From an uncultured Acidobacteriota bacterium (GTDB lineage: Bacteria; Acidobacteriota; Thermoanaerobaculia; Thermoanaerobaculales; Sulfomarinibacteraceae), in assembly GCA_963844845.1 (NCBI GenBank), contig CAWJPW010000009.1:155599-219598 (forward strand): a stretch of DNA of 64,000 bases, written 5' to 3'. The notes below the pieces were generated by a model. It worked only from the letters and a program-made list of their open reading frames with translations, had not been told where the DNA came from and searched no databases. Position 1 is the first letter of the stretch; each line of letters opens with the position of its first letter. Below, piece after piece: positions 41,073 through 51,094 of this stretch. The position numbers and the translations under genes are program-made.

Positions 41073-41813
41073 CTAGAACCGCTTCCCGACCCCGATCCAC
41101 CAGTTCGGACCCGTCGAGTCGGTGTCGGCAAGCACCTCGGGGCCGGGCGCCAGCGAGCCCTCGGCCGGTACGTCGTGCTTCAGACGACCCCAGTAGTAGG
41201 CCACTCCCAGCTCGAGGAACCAGTCAGGGTCGCCGAATGCGTGCCAGTCGAGGCCCATGCCCACGGTCCAGGCAGGGAACCACCCGTCGTTCTCGACTCT
41301 GAGGCCCGCGTCCAGGTACTCGTTGCGCAAGGTGAGGGTGGTGGTGTCCTTCTCGTACGCCACTCCGGCGGCGCCATACACGAACGGGCGCCAGCTTGTA
41401 CACGCGTCGCAGGGGAAGTACCGGGCTGCCGCCATGAGGTTGGCGTAGACGCTGTACTCCTGCTCGAACGCGAGCCGAGCCGGCCCTGCCTCGGTGGGTA
41501 CGCTCGCGCTGCCGTCGATGGCGCCGGTGCTGAAGTCCAGCTCTCCGCCCACCAGCCAGCGCGGGCTCACCTGCCGGTGCAGCTGTAGGCCGGCGCTGAG
41601 GTTGACGACGTCGTCCCAGGTGTCGAAGCTGGTTCCGAACATCTGGTTGATCTGGTCGATCTGCCGGTTGGTGTTGGTCTGTTTGGGGAAGCTCTGCTGG
41701 ATGTAGCCGACGAGGGTCCACTCGGGCTCGGCCTGCTGCCCTGCCGCAGGGAGTGCCGAGCCGAGCCCAAAGCCCAAGGCGACCACGAGACACAGAGAGG
41801 GTGCTCCACGCAT
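41073..41813 (-). CDS. Outer membrane beta-barrel protein
   Basis: Signal peptide, alternating beta strands, RPFVYGAAG, C-terminal Phe; GGAGG RBS. Confidence 0.7.
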   Translation of the reverse strand: MRGAPSLCLVVALGFGLGSALPAAGQQAEPEWTLVGYIQQSFPKQTNTNRQIDQINQMFGTSFDTWDDVVNLSAGLQLHRQVSPRWLVGGELDFSTGAIDGSASVPTEAGPARLAFEQEYSVYANLMAAARYFPCDACTSWRPFVYGAAGVAYEKDTTTLTLRNEYLDAGLRVENDGWFPAWTVGMGLDWHAFGDPDWFLELGVAYYWGRLKHDVPAEGSLAPGPEVLADTDSTGPNWWIGVGKRF

Positions 41814-41901
41814 GTCGAACCTCCTCCAGAAGCGAGTCAGTCGTGAGACGAATCTTCCACGACTGTCGCTCCGGAGGCGACTCCTGTCAAGGGCCAGAGG
41901 A

Positions 41902-43371
41902 TCAGGAGGCTGGGACGTCCGGAAGAACACCGCCGGAGTACTCGAACTTCACCGACCGCTGCCCGGTGGCGCAGGCCATGCACGCGGGGGCGTCCTTGAG
42001 CACCTTCTCCTGGAACCGTTCCACCGGCAGGTAGAAGAGGGCGTCGACCCCGAGCTCGCGGCGCACCTCGTCGGTGTCACGGTTGAACCGGGCGCCGATG
42101 AGCTCGTTCTGGGTCGGCGTGTTGATGCCTTGGAAGCAGGAATCGATGACCATCGGCCAGAGGGCGCCGAAGTAGACCTTCCGGGCACCAGCCGCACGCA
42201 GCGCCTTAACGATGCGCGTGGCGTTGGTGCCGCGCACGATGCTGTCGTCCACCAGGAAGATGGTCTTCCCCTCCACCGCCTTGGCATCGACGCGGAAGTC
42301 CAGAAGCGCGGCCTCGTCACGGGCCTCCTGCGTCTCCTCCATGAAGATCCTGCCACCGTAGCGATACTTGGAGACCGGTGTGGCGTACTGCAGCACAGCG
42401 GCGTCGCACTCCTTCTCGAGCTTCTGCGCGAACGCCTCGGCCCCGGGGATGGGGCTGTGGGGGATCGGAACAACGAGGTCGATGGCCGGGACGATGTCCT
42501 GCGCCTGCTCGAGGACGTAGAGGGCCAGCGCGCGTCCGGCGCGCCAGCGGAAGGTCCGGACACTTTCGCCCAGCATCGCCGACTCCACATCGGCAAAGTA
42601 GATCAGCTCGAAGGCGCACGGTCGGGGATCACGCTGCAGCAGCAGACGCTCGTCCACCGCGAGGCTGCGATCGATGAAGAGGGCGGCGCCGTGCACCACC
42701 TCTTCGACCACCTCGTAACCGTTCTGCTCCAGCGGCAGGGTCTCGGACGCGATCATCGCCAGGCCCCTGCCGTCGCGATGTCGCACTCCTCGGACCATGG
42801 GCCGGAAGCCGTGGGCATCCCGGAAGGCGTACAGACCCTCCCGCGTCACGGCCACCGCCGAGTAGGCTCCGGTGACCCGTTCCTGCAGTTCACGAATGGC
42901 CCGGAAGAGGATCTCGCGCTCGGGGAGGGCGGGCTCCTCTCGCCGGAAGCGCTCAGCCCAGTTCGCTAGGACGCGCAGCAGCGCCTCGGCGTCACAGTCC
43001 GAGCCCAGTGCCTCGCCACGAGACCGTAGCTCCGCCGCGATCTGCTCCACGTTGGTGATGTGCCCGTTATGAGCCAGCGCGATCCCGCTCATGGGATCGA
43101 AGAACGGCTGGGCGTTCTCGCGACCACCCGAACCGAAGGTCTTGTAGCGGGTGTGGGCGATCCCGAGATCGCCACGCACGTCAGCGAGCGGCTTGAAGAT
43201 GTCGTCGGCGAGGCCCTCCCCTTTCTCCAACCGCGCCCCGCGGTGGACCGGGTCGAAGACGAAGAGACCGGCGTACGCCGGCCCGCGGTGCTGCAGGAAG
43301 TGCGCACCGTTGCCCAACTCCCTGACCACCGACTCGTTGCTGTCACTGATGACGCCCACAATGCCGCACAT
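41902..43371 (-). CDS. purF: Amidophosphoribosyltransferase
   Basis: MCGIVG Ntn nucleophile, QHRG, HTRY, NAQPF, CAFELIYF, VDDSIVRGT, CMAC. Confidence 0.85.
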   Translation of the reverse strand: MCGIVGVISDSNESVVRELGNGAHFLQHRGPAYAGLFVFDPVHRGARLEKGEGLADDIFKPLADVRGDLGIAHTRYKTFGSGGRENAQPFFDPMSGIALAHNGHITNVEQIAAELRSRGEALGSDCDAEALLRVLANWAERFRREEPALPEREILFRAIRELQERVTGAYSAVAVTREGLYAFRDAHGFRPMVRGVRHRDGRGLAMIASETLPLEQNGYEVVEEVVHGAALFIDRSLAVDERLLLQRDPRPCAFELIYFADVESAMLGESVRTFRWRAGRALALYVLEQAQDIVPAIDLVVPIPHSPIPGAEAFAQKLEKECDAAVLQYATPVSKYRYGGRIFMEETQEARDEAALLDFRVDAKAVEGKTIFLVDDSIVRGTNATRIVKALRAAGARKVYFGALWPMVIDSCFQGINTPTQNELIGARFNRDTDEVRRELGVDALFYLPVERFQEKVLKDAPACMACATGQRSVKFEYSGGVLPDVPAS

Positions 43372-43527
43372 GTAGCCCCCGGGTCGCCCATGGTACACCG
43401 CTGGCGCCCCCGTGCAACGAGGTCCGTCACGGCATGGCAGCTATATGCCAAAACGGCGATGCACGGTTACAGGTCCCTCGCAGCTGCTGCGTGCTACCCT
43501 TGACTCGATGCCACTTGGAGACAGGCC

Positions 43528-45327
43528 ATGACGGACCGCACTCTGCTCGACCTGTACCGGCACGACGTCGACCACCCCCGGTCCGACCACTACCGTCACC
43601 TACTGCCCGGCCGGCCGGACCGTGTCCTCTCCACCGCCGACTTCCTTCGCCGCACGGCGGCGCTGGCGTCGGCCCTGGAAGGCCTCGGAATCGGCCATGG
43701 GGACCGTGTCCTGCTGCTCTCCGACAACCGTCCGGAGTGGCACATGGTCGATCTCGCCGTGCTCGACCTCGGGGCCGCCGACGTGCCCGTCTACGGCACC
43801 CTCACCGCCGAGCAGGTGGCCTACCAGGCGGCCGACTCCGGCGCCGTCGCTGTGGTGGCCGAGAATGCCGAGCAGGTGGCCAAGTTCCTCGAGGTGCGCA
43901 GCCGTTGTCCCGCCCTTGCCCACCTGATTCAGATCGAAGGGGAACCGGCGCCCGGGGTGATTTCCTTCGACGACCTCGTCACGGCAGGCGGTACCTCCGA
44001 TGCCGTCGACAGGTTCTGGCGGCGCGCCCACGACATCGACGAGGAGGCCCTGGCCACCCTGATCTACACGTCCGGCACCACCGGTGACCCCAAGGGCGTG
44101 ATGCTGAGCCACCGCAACTTGGTGGAGAACATCCGGGCGGCGGCGCCCAGGGTGCCGGTGATGAGCGAGGACCACGCGCTCGAGTTTCTCCCGCTCTGCC
44201 ACGTGCTCGAGCGGATGGTCGGCTATATCTACATGTGGCGTGGCACCACCAAGGCCTACTGCTCGGTGTACCACGTGGGCGACCTCATCGCCGCGGCCGC
44301 ACCCACCCTGTTCGTCGGCGTGCCCCGGTTCTTCGAGAAGGTGCACCAGAAGATCCACGAAAAAGTGGCCGGCGCCTCCGGGCTGCGCCGCTCGCTCTTC
44401 CACTGGGCCATCGACACCGGCCGCGAGGTGGCGCACCAGCGGATCGCGGGCAAGCAGCCCGGCGCCGTCCTGTCCGGCCGGTATGCCGTCGCCGAGCGGC
44501 TGGTTCTCGCCAAGGTGCGGGACGCCGTGTTCGGCGGCCGGGTCCGCTACGCCATCTCCGGCGGCGCCGAGCTCCCACTTCCCGTGAACGAGTTCTTCCA
44601 CGCCCTGGGGGTCCCGGTGGTCGAGGGCTACGGCCTCACCGAGACGTCGCCGGTCATCGCCGTGAACGGTGTCACCCTGGGGACGCTTCGGCTCGGCACC
44701 GTGGGACGCCCGCTGGAGAACCTCGAGGTGAAGCTGGCTCCTGACGGCGAGCTCCTGGTGCGCGGCCCCTCCGTCATGATGGGCTACTGGAACAAGCCGG
44801 AGCAGACCGCCGAGGTCCTCGACGACGAGGCCTTCCTGCACACCGGCGACATTGCCGAGCTCGACGACGACGGCTTCGTTCTCATCGTCGACCGCAAGAA
44901 GGACCTCATCGTCACCGCCGGTGGCAAGAACATCGCACCGCAGCCCATCGAGGGCCGGCTCAAGGAGTCGCCCTTCGTCGATGCGGCCGTGCTGGTCGGC
45001 GACCGGCGACCATTCGTGGTGGCGCTCATCGCCCCCAGCCTCGACGACCTTCAGCGCTGGGCGGGAGCGCACGGCGTCGGGGCCGTGACCGCCGCCGAGA
45101 TGCTCGCCTCTCCCGAGGTTGAGCAGCTCTTCGCGGACCTGGTGAGCACCGTCAACGCCGGCCTCGCACGCTACGAGCAGATCAAGCGCTTCGCCCTGCT
45201 GCCGGAGCCGCTGACGGTGGAGGGCGGCCAGCTGACGCCGACGATGAAGGTCAAGCGACGGGTCATCGAGCAGCAGCTGGGCAACGTCATCGAAGGGCTC
45301 TACGAGCCCGTGCCCCCCTCGGCGTAG
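43528..45327 (+). CDS. fadD: Long-chain fatty acid--CoA ligase
   Basis: YTSGTTGDPKG, FLPLCHVLER, GYGLTE, HTGD, DRKKD, TPTMKVKR. Confidence 0.92.
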   Translation: MTDRTLLDLYRHDVDHPRSDHYRHLLPGRPDRVLSTADFLRRTAALASALEGLGIGHGDRVLLLSDNRPEWHMVDLAVLDLGAADVPVYGTLTAEQVAYQAADSGAVAVVAENAEQVAKFLEVRSRCPALAHLIQIEGEPAPGVISFDDLVTAGGTSDAVDRFWRRAHDIDEEALATLIYTSGTTGDPKGVMLSHRNLVENIRAAAPRVPVMSEDHALEFLPLCHVLERMVGYIYMWRGTTKAYCSVYHVGDLIAAAAPTLFVGVPRFFEKVHQKIHEKVAGASGLRRSLFHWAIDTGREVAHQRIAGKQPGAVLSGRYAVAERLVLAKVRDAVFGGRVRYAISGGAELPLPVNEFFHALGVPVVEGYGLTETSPVIAVNGVTLGTLRLGTVGRPLENLEVKLAPDGELLVRGPSVMMGYWNKPEQTAEVLDDEAFLHTGDIAELDDDGFVLIVDRKKDLIVTAGGKNIAPQPIEGRLKESPFVDAAVLVGDRRPFVVALIAPSLDDLQRWAGAHGVGAVTAAEMLASPEVEQLFADLVSTVNAGLARYEQIKRFALLPEPLTVEGGQLTPTMKVKRRVIEQQLGNVIEGLYEPVPPSA

Positions 45328-45332
45328 GGACG

Positions 45333-46268
45333 GTGAGGGCCACCATCGTGTCCCCTCCCGTGGAGCGCCTGGGCGAGCTGCAGCTCGTGGTCGTCACCGG
45401 CAAGGGTGGCGTGGGCAAGAGCGTCTTCACAGCGGTCCTCGGCCGCCGTCTGGCGGCCTCCGGCCGACGCGCACTCCTCATGGAGGTGGATCCGCGCGAG
45501 AGCCTTCACGCCCTGCTGGACGTGGCGCCGTCCGGCGGAGAGCCGGTGCAGGTATCCGCGGGGCTCCATCTGCAGAATGTCCAACCCCGCCGCGTGGCCG
45601 ACGACCTCGTGATCGAGCGGCTCAAGATCGGTCTCCTCACCCGCAGGGTGCTGGGTAGCCCCGTGTACCAGCACTTCGTCGAGGGCGCCCCCGGCCTCAA
45701 GGAGACGGCAGTGCTCGGCCGGGTACTGCGGCTCCTCGCGGGCCGTGATCTTCACGGCATGCCGCGACCCGACGTGGTGGTTCTCGACGCTCCCGCTACC
45801 GGCCACGGCGTCTCGCTGTTGGCGGCTCCCCGCTTGGTGGCGGACGCCGTGCGAGGCGGCCCGGTGGGAACCATGGCCGAGGAGATCGCCGGCTTTGTGG
45901 CCGACCCGGCCCGCACCGGCATCGTCATCGTCACGACCGCCGAGGAGATGCCCGTCCAGGAGGCGCAGGAGCTCCTCGACCTGGTGGAGGAACGCCTGCA
46001 CCACGCACCGCAGCTGGTCGTCGTCAACGCCGTCTACCCGGCCGTTCCCCCAACAGTCGCCAGGATACGAGCCCCCGACGCGACCACCGCCCTGTGGCGT
46101 CGCCGTCGCCGGGTCAACGAGCGGGAGCTTGACCGGCTGGCCCGTCGCTGGCCCGGTCCCACCGCCATCCTCCCCCTGCTTCCCCTCGACCGCGGGCCCG
46201 AGCTGGTTGCCGCGCTCGAGGTCGAGCTCGACCGAGCGCTGCGCTTCGCCAGCGCCTCAACGCCATGA
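45333..46268 (+). CDS. ArsA/GET3-family ATPase, subunit 1 (Rv3679/BagA-like)
   Basis: GKGGVGKS, APGLKE, LDAPATGH, EEMPVQE, VVN. Confidence 0.82.
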   Translation: MRATIVSPPVERLGELQLVVVTGKGGVGKSVFTAVLGRRLAASGRRALLMEVDPRESLHALLDVAPSGGEPVQVSAGLHLQNVQPRRVADDLVIERLKIGLLTRRVLGSPVYQHFVEGAPGLKETAVLGRVLRLLAGRDLHGMPRPDVVVLDAPATGHGVSLLAAPRLVADAVRGGPVGTMAEEIAGFVADPARTGIVIVTTAEEMPVQEAQELLDLVEERLHHAPQLVVVNAVYPAVPPTVARIRAPDATTALWRRRRRVNERELDRLARRWPGPTAILPLLPLDRGPELVAALEVELDRALRFASASTP

Positions 46269-47338
46269 GCGTCGTACGGCCTGCCGAGCCATTGGTGGTC
46301 GTCGTCGGCTCGGGCGGCGTCGGCAAGACGACGCTGGCGGCGGCCCTGGGCGTGGGCGGCGCCCGCTCCGGCCGCGACACCTTGGTCATGACCTTCGACC
46401 CCTCGCTACGGCTCAAGGATGCGCTCGGCGTGGGCGACGCCGCTCGGGGCCGCGAGGTCGAGGTCGATCTCGATGCCCCCGCTTCGCTGCACGCGAGCCT
46501 CCTCGACGCCGGTCAGACCTTCGACCGCCTGGTGGAGCACTACTCGCCCGACGACGCAGCGCGCGACCGCATTCTCGGCAACCGCTTCTACCGCCACCTC
46601 GCCGCCAGCCTCGCCGGCGTGTTGGAGTACATGGCGGTGGAGCGCCTCTTCGAGGTCGCGGCCCAAGGCCGGTACCAGCAAGTGATTCTCGACACCCCGC
46701 CGACCCGCCAGGCCTTGGACTTCCTGCAAGCGCCCGAGCGCATCATCGGCTTCCTCGACAGCGGAGCGCTCAAGATCGCCCTCAAGCCCTGGTTCGACGA
46801 GTCGGGCCACATCCGCCCCATCGCCCGTCTCGGTCCCTTCGGGCGCAACGTGGAGGGTTTCCTGGACCGCCTGGTGGGTCTCGACCTTCTGCGTGACATG
46901 GCCGAGTTCTTCCAGGCGTTCGGCCCTCTGTACAAGGGCTTTCGTGCTCGTGCCCACGAGGTGCAGGCCCTCCTGCGTTCCCCCCGCACGATCTTCGTCC
47001 TGGTGAGCGGTCCGGGCCGTGAGCGGGTCGCCGACACGCTCTTCTTCGCCCGCCACCTGCGTGAGGCCGGCCACCGCCTGGGCCCCGTGGTGGTCAACCG
47101 GGTCCATCCCGAGCCCGACGGGGTCGCGCCCGCCTCGGATCCGCTGGCCGTGGCGCGCGACGGCCGCCAGCTGCTCGCCTGGCTCGGGCATCGCGACCGC
47201 GCGGGCGTCGAGCACCTCCGCTCGCTGCTCGGCGCGGAGCAGCCCCTGGCCGCCGTACCACTCCTCGCCGAGGAGCCCACCACGCTCGAGGGTCTCTCCG
47301 ATCTGGGCGACCTGCTCCAGGAGAGGCTGAGCCGTTGA
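46265..47338 (+). CDS. ArsA/GET3-family ATPase, subunit 2 (Rv3680/BagB-like)
   Basis: GSGGVGKTT, DPSLRLKDAL, EYMAVERL, LDTPPT..ALDFL.AP; ATGA overlap with subunit 1. Confidence 0.85.
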   Translation: MSVVRPAEPLVVVVGSGGVGKTTLAAALGVGGARSGRDTLVMTFDPSLRLKDALGVGDAARGREVEVDLDAPASLHASLLDAGQTFDRLVEHYSPDDAARDRILGNRFYRHLAASLAGVLEYMAVERLFEVAAQGRYQQVILDTPPTRQALDFLQAPERIIGFLDSGALKIALKPWFDESGHIRPIARLGPFGRNVEGFLDRLVGLDLLRDMAEFFQAFGPLYKGFRARAHEVQALLRSPRTIFVLVSGPGRERVADTLFFARHLREAGHRLGPVVVNRVHPEPDGVAPASDPLAVARDGRQLLAWLGHRDRAGVEHLRSLLGAEQPLAAVPLLAEEPTTLEGLSDLGDLLQERLSR

Positions 47339-47452
47339 CGCACCGCGGCATGAGAGCCCTGCACCTGGCTCGCCAACGCGTCTCACCGGGCCGCGCCCAA
47401 GCGGTGAAACCTCGGCAGCCAGGCGCAGTTATCCCCTAGATTCGCCCGCTCC

Positions 47453-47509
47453 TTGACACTCTTGCCGCAGCGCGGTACATTGTCACCGGAAGACGCCGCA
47501 CAGCGGCAA
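47453..47509 (+). promoter_or_regulatory. phaR promoter with two putative PhaR operators
   Basis: TTGACA(47453)-17-TACATT(47476); ttgccgcagcgcggtac (47462) and acgccgcacagcggcaa (47493). Confidence 0.75.
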
Positions 47510-47526
47510 GAACCCGGGACGCCGAC

Positions 47527-48150
47527 ATGGCGTTGGAGACCACAATGATCCGACTGATCAAGCGCTACGGCAGCCGCAAGCTCTACGACACCGAGGAGAG
47601 CCGCTACGTCTCCCTCGAGGAGCTCGCCGCCTGGATTCGCCACGGGACCGAGATCCGGGTGGTAGACAACAAGACGGCCGAAGACGTCACCTCGCAGACG
47701 CTTACCCAGATCATCTCAGAGGAGGGCCGTCACGGGCGCACACTCCTGCCCAACGAGCTCCTGCACGAGCTCATCCGTCTCGGCGAGGAGGCCGTCAGCT
47801 CGGGGGTGGAGCAGCTGCAGACCGGCGTCGATCGGCTGGTGCAAGTTTCCATGGACCGACTCGGCCCCGTGCGCCGGGCCCGCGAGGAGATGGGGCGCCT
47901 GCGCGAGCGGCTCGCCGATCTCGAGGAGTCCCTGGTGGAGCTCGAGCAGGAGCGTCAGGAGCCTCCAGCTCCCGCGCCGGCCCCTGCCCGGACGCGACGT
48001 CCGGCAGCCAAGGCGTCGACGGCCAAGGCCAAGAAGGGCGCCAGCACGACCAAGAAGGCTGGCAGCACCACTCGCAAGGCGTCCACCACCAGGTCCAAGG
48101 CGGCCCCTCGTGGCCGCTCCCGCGCGACCAAAGACGGCAAGGCGTCATGA
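47527..48150 (+). CDS. phaR: PhaR-type PHA/granule regulator with Lys/Ala-rich C-terminal tail
   Basis: IKRYGSRKLYDTEESRYVSL, DVTSQTLTQII; coiled coil; AAKASTAKAKKG tail. Confidence 0.85.
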   Translation: MALETTMIRLIKRYGSRKLYDTEESRYVSLEELAAWIRHGTEIRVVDNKTAEDVTSQTLTQIISEEGRHGRTLLPNELLHELIRLGEEAVSSGVEQLQTGVDRLVQVSMDRLGPVRRAREEMGRLRERLADLEESLVELEQERQEPPAPAPAPARTRRPAAKASTAKAKKGASTTKKAGSTTRKASTTRSKAAPRGRSRATKDGKAS

Positions 48151-48464
48151 TTCGCCGCTCCACCCGGGCCCTCTACCTCGCCGGCCTCGGCGTCGTCACC
48201 TCGGCTCGCCGGCAGGGCCAGGCAGTCTTCACCCGCCTCGTCACCGAGGGCCGCAGAGTCGAGCGCCGTGAGCGCGCCCTCCTCAGCGGGCGTGTGGACC
48301 GCCTTCGGCACCGCGCCGACGATCTCGGGGCGGCCGTCGGCGCCCGCCTCGAGTCGGGCTGCGGCGCCCTGCTGCGGCGAGCCGGCGTACCCACCCGGCA
48401 GGAGGTTGCCGAGCTGGTCTCCCGCCTCGCCGAGCTCGACGCCCGGCTGAAGCGCCTGGGTTGA
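48147..48464 (+). CDS. Phasin (PhaI/PhaF family)
   Basis: YLAGLG, F.RLV.EG, GVPTRQEV..L..RL; ATGA overlap with phaR. Confidence 0.75.
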   Translation: MIRRSTRALYLAGLGVVTSARRQGQAVFTRLVTEGRRVERRERALLSGRVDRLRHRADDLGAAVGARLESGCGALLRRAGVPTRQEVAELVSRLAELDARLKRLG

Positions 48465-48594
48465 CCCGCACCGTTCGGCGGCGCATCTGCCCCGCGACGG
48501 TATAGCGTGACGCAGGGGCCCCTGGGCACCTCCACGCCGCACCTGCGCTATGCTGGACGAAACCCATCGGACGACTCGGCGACAGGAGGTTGGG

Positions 48595-49020
48595 ATGGCG
48601 GCGGAGATCTTCACCGAGGCCTGGGCTCAGGACTGGCGTACGTGCATCAACGACAACGACGACTACCGCAAGGCGGCCACCCGCTGGGAGGGCGCCATCG
48701 CCCTGGTGATGTCGGCAGACGCCGCGATGGGGGTCCCGGAGCAGCGCGCCGTCGTCGCCGACCTGTGGCATGGCGACTGCCGGGCGGCCTCCGCCGCCGG
48801 GCCGGACGAGCTGGAGAGCCCTCCCTACGTGATCCGGGCCACGCCCGCCACCTGGAAGCGGGTTCTCGACGGCAGCACCGACCCCATCGTCGGGCTCATG
48901 GGAGGAAAGCTCAAGCTCGAGAGGGGCGGTCTCTTCTCTCTTCTGCCTTACGCCCAGGCCGCCAAGCAGCTGGTCACCTCCGCCCGTCAGGTCGCGACGA
49001 GCTTCCCCGAAGGTTGGTAG
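48595..49020 (+). CDS. SCP2 sterol/lipid-binding domain protein
   Basis: DLWHGDCR, TWKRVLDG..DP..GLMGGKLKL; GGAGG RBS. Confidence 0.8.
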   Translation: MAAEIFTEAWAQDWRTCINDNDDYRKAATRWEGAIALVMSADAAMGVPEQRAVVADLWHGDCRAASAAGPDELESPPYVIRATPATWKRVLDGSTDPIVGLMGGKLKLERGGLFSLLPYAQAAKQLVTSARQVATSFPEGW

Positions 49021-49316
49021 CCGTCCGAAGATCACGACGATTATTCACCGCGACCGCCGGTATGTCAGCGAGGGCGACACTTCTGTCGGCCGTAGCGCCC
49101 GCGACGCAGCGTTGCGACGTCCCGGCGCCACCTTGGTCGGGTCACCACCCTGAAGGCATTCCCGCGGCCTCGCGACGATGACTTCCGAGATCTCCGGGCT
49201 TTGGTGGCCCTTGAGAAGCAGCACCACCGGCTGTCAGCTCATGTGAAGTCGTCAGCTCGCGTCGAGTGCCCGCCGCGGTGTCGATGGTCGGGCGGTATGG
49301 GAAGGAGAAGTGGCGG

Positions 49317-50681
49317 CTACCGGCTCGTGCCGGTCAGGGCGTCGGTTTCTTCGACGAAGAGTTCGGCGACGGTGTCGGGGTCTGGCACCAGGCCCGCGTC
49401 CACCGCCACCCCCACCCGCACCTGCCCGGCATAGCTGAAGATGCTGATGCCCAGCCCGAGACGGGCCGACTGCGGGACCCAGAACATGATGTTCTCCACC
49501 GGCGCCCCGGCGAGGTAAATCGTCTCGCGCGGGCCGGGCACATTGGTGAGCACGAGGGTCGCCTTGCTGCCGAAGATACTCACCCCGAACCCCTGAACCT
49601 CGGGGCTCGTGCGTCCGAGCACCCCCAGCACCCCGAAGGCCACGCCGGCCTCATCCGAGGACTTGATCTCGTCCATCCGGCGCTTCACATCGAGAAGCCG
49701 CGCGGTGGGATCGCGAATACCGATGGGCAGCTCCACGAACACCAGGCCGAACCGGTTACCAAGCTCGTCGGCCTCCTCGGAACGACGCAGGTTCACCGGC
49801 ACCACCGCCCGGATACTGAGGTTGTCCACCGCCTCGCCCCGGGCCGCCAGGTAACGACCCAACGCCCCGGCGACGCCTGCCAAGAGCACGTCGTTCACGG
49901 TCGCCCCAAAGCGCTTCCCGGCGAGCTTGATGGGGTCCAGAGCCACGGGCTCGGTCCACGCCGCCTTCTTGGTCACACCGAGAGGACCATGGAATGGCGT
50001 TCGAGGATCGAGAGGGAGCGTGAGCAGACGCCGCAGCACCCCTGCCGCGCTGGCGCCCGAGCGAGCGAGCTCGAGCACACGCTGAGGGTTGAGAATCGCG
50101 TCCATCCCCTCGTCGAGGATCCTGGTCACCGGCAACGTACGGCGGGTGCGGCGCCGCGCCGACGGCGCCCCCTGCGTCCCATTGCCACCCGGATTCTCCT
50201 CCTGGTCCGTGAGCGAGAACATGACCCGCACCAGCGCCACGCCGTCGCCGATGCAGTGGTGCAGGCGCACCACAAGGGCGCTTCCACCCTCGCCGCGGTC
50301 GATGACATGCATCTGCCAGAGCGGCCGCGAACGGTCGAGCGGAGTGCTCATGAGGTCGCTCACCAGCTCCTGCAGCGCCGCCTCGTCACCCGGCTCGGGC
50401 AGGGCAACCCGGTGCAGGTGTGCCTTCAGCGCGAAGTGGTCGTCGTCCACCCAGCTCGGCCGACCCAAAGGCAGACGAGACTCGACGACACGCTGGCGAA
50501 AACGGTCATAGGCCAGGAGCCGGTCCTCGATGACGCTCTTGAGGCGCCCGGGGTCGAGCCGCTCGCGGAAGGTCATGAGACCGGTGATTGTCATCAGGTT
50601 GGTGGGCTCCTCCATGCGGAGCCACGCGCTGTCCACATTGGACAGCGGTTCGCTCGTCTCGGGCGGCAACTCCACCGTCAC
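49317..50681 (-). CDS. Wax ester synthase / diacylglycerol acyltransferase (WS/DGAT)
   Basis: DSAWLRME, PLDRSRPLW, catalytic HHCIGDG, ATVNDV, VPVNLR, TNVPGP; GGGAGG RBS before GTG 50681. Confidence 0.93.
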   Translation of the reverse strand: MTVELPPETSEPLSNVDSAWLRMEEPTNLMTITGLMTFRERLDPGRLKSVIEDRLLAYDRFRQRVVESRLPLGRPSWVDDDHFALKAHLHRVALPEPGDEAALQELVSDLMSTPLDRSRPLWQMHVIDRGEGGSALVVRLHHCIGDGVALVRVMFSLTDQEENPGGNGTQGAPSARRRTRRTLPVTRILDEGMDAILNPQRVLELARSGASAAGVLRRLLTLPLDPRTPFHGPLGVTKKAAWTEPVALDPIKLAGKRFGATVNDVLLAGVAGALGRYLAARGEAVDNLSIRAVVPVNLRRSEEADELGNRFGLVFVELPIGIRDPTARLLDVKRRMDEIKSSDEAGVAFGVLGVLGRTSPEVQGFGVSIFGSKATLVLTNVPGPRETIYLAGAPVENIMFWVPQSARLGLGISIFSYAGQVRVGVAVDAGLVPDPDTVAELFVEETDALTGTSR

Positions 50682-50860
50682 GTCAACGCCTCCCGTGCGC
50701 CTCGCTCTTCTTTGCCGAGCCTGTTCGCGACCATGATGATACCAGCTGCCACCTCCCCTCGAGCGAGCCCCAGCGCCGCCTCGAACCAGGGAGCCACCGG
50801 CACGCGCGGCCGCCCGGGTGCGGCACGTCCCGTTCGACCACCCAGACAACGTCAGAATCG

Positions 50861-51026
50861 TGCTGAATGCCACACTGCGGCATTTTCAGCATTCATCACC
50901 TCATGCTACTCATCTTATTTTTGGTGTAACATCACTTAAAGAAATTGACGCAATGCAGAAAAATCGCTTGACAGACGTGCCGCAGCGCGTTATATTCTCC
51001 CTGTGATTGATGCCGCATAGCGGCAT
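50861..51026 (+). promoter_or_regulatory. Phasin promoter with an array of putative PhaR operators
   Basis: TTGACA(50968)-17-TATATT(50991); boxes at 50867, 50945 (weak), 50977, 51010 (atgccgcatagcggcat); AT-rich. Confidence 0.78.
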
Positions 51027-51094
51027 AGCGAACCGCCAGGGTACGAAACTCAACGGGTCGGAACGCCGACCGGGACTATGCACGGAGGTGCGTG

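Noticed and set aside
45333-47338. Arsenic resistance operon
   Set aside because: No arsB/acr3/arsC/arsR, no metalloid-binding Cys residues; motifs match the Rv3679/80-type pair.
49021-49316. Small ORFs or ncRNA between SCP2 and WS/DGAT
   Set aside because: No coding signal or convincing structure seen.
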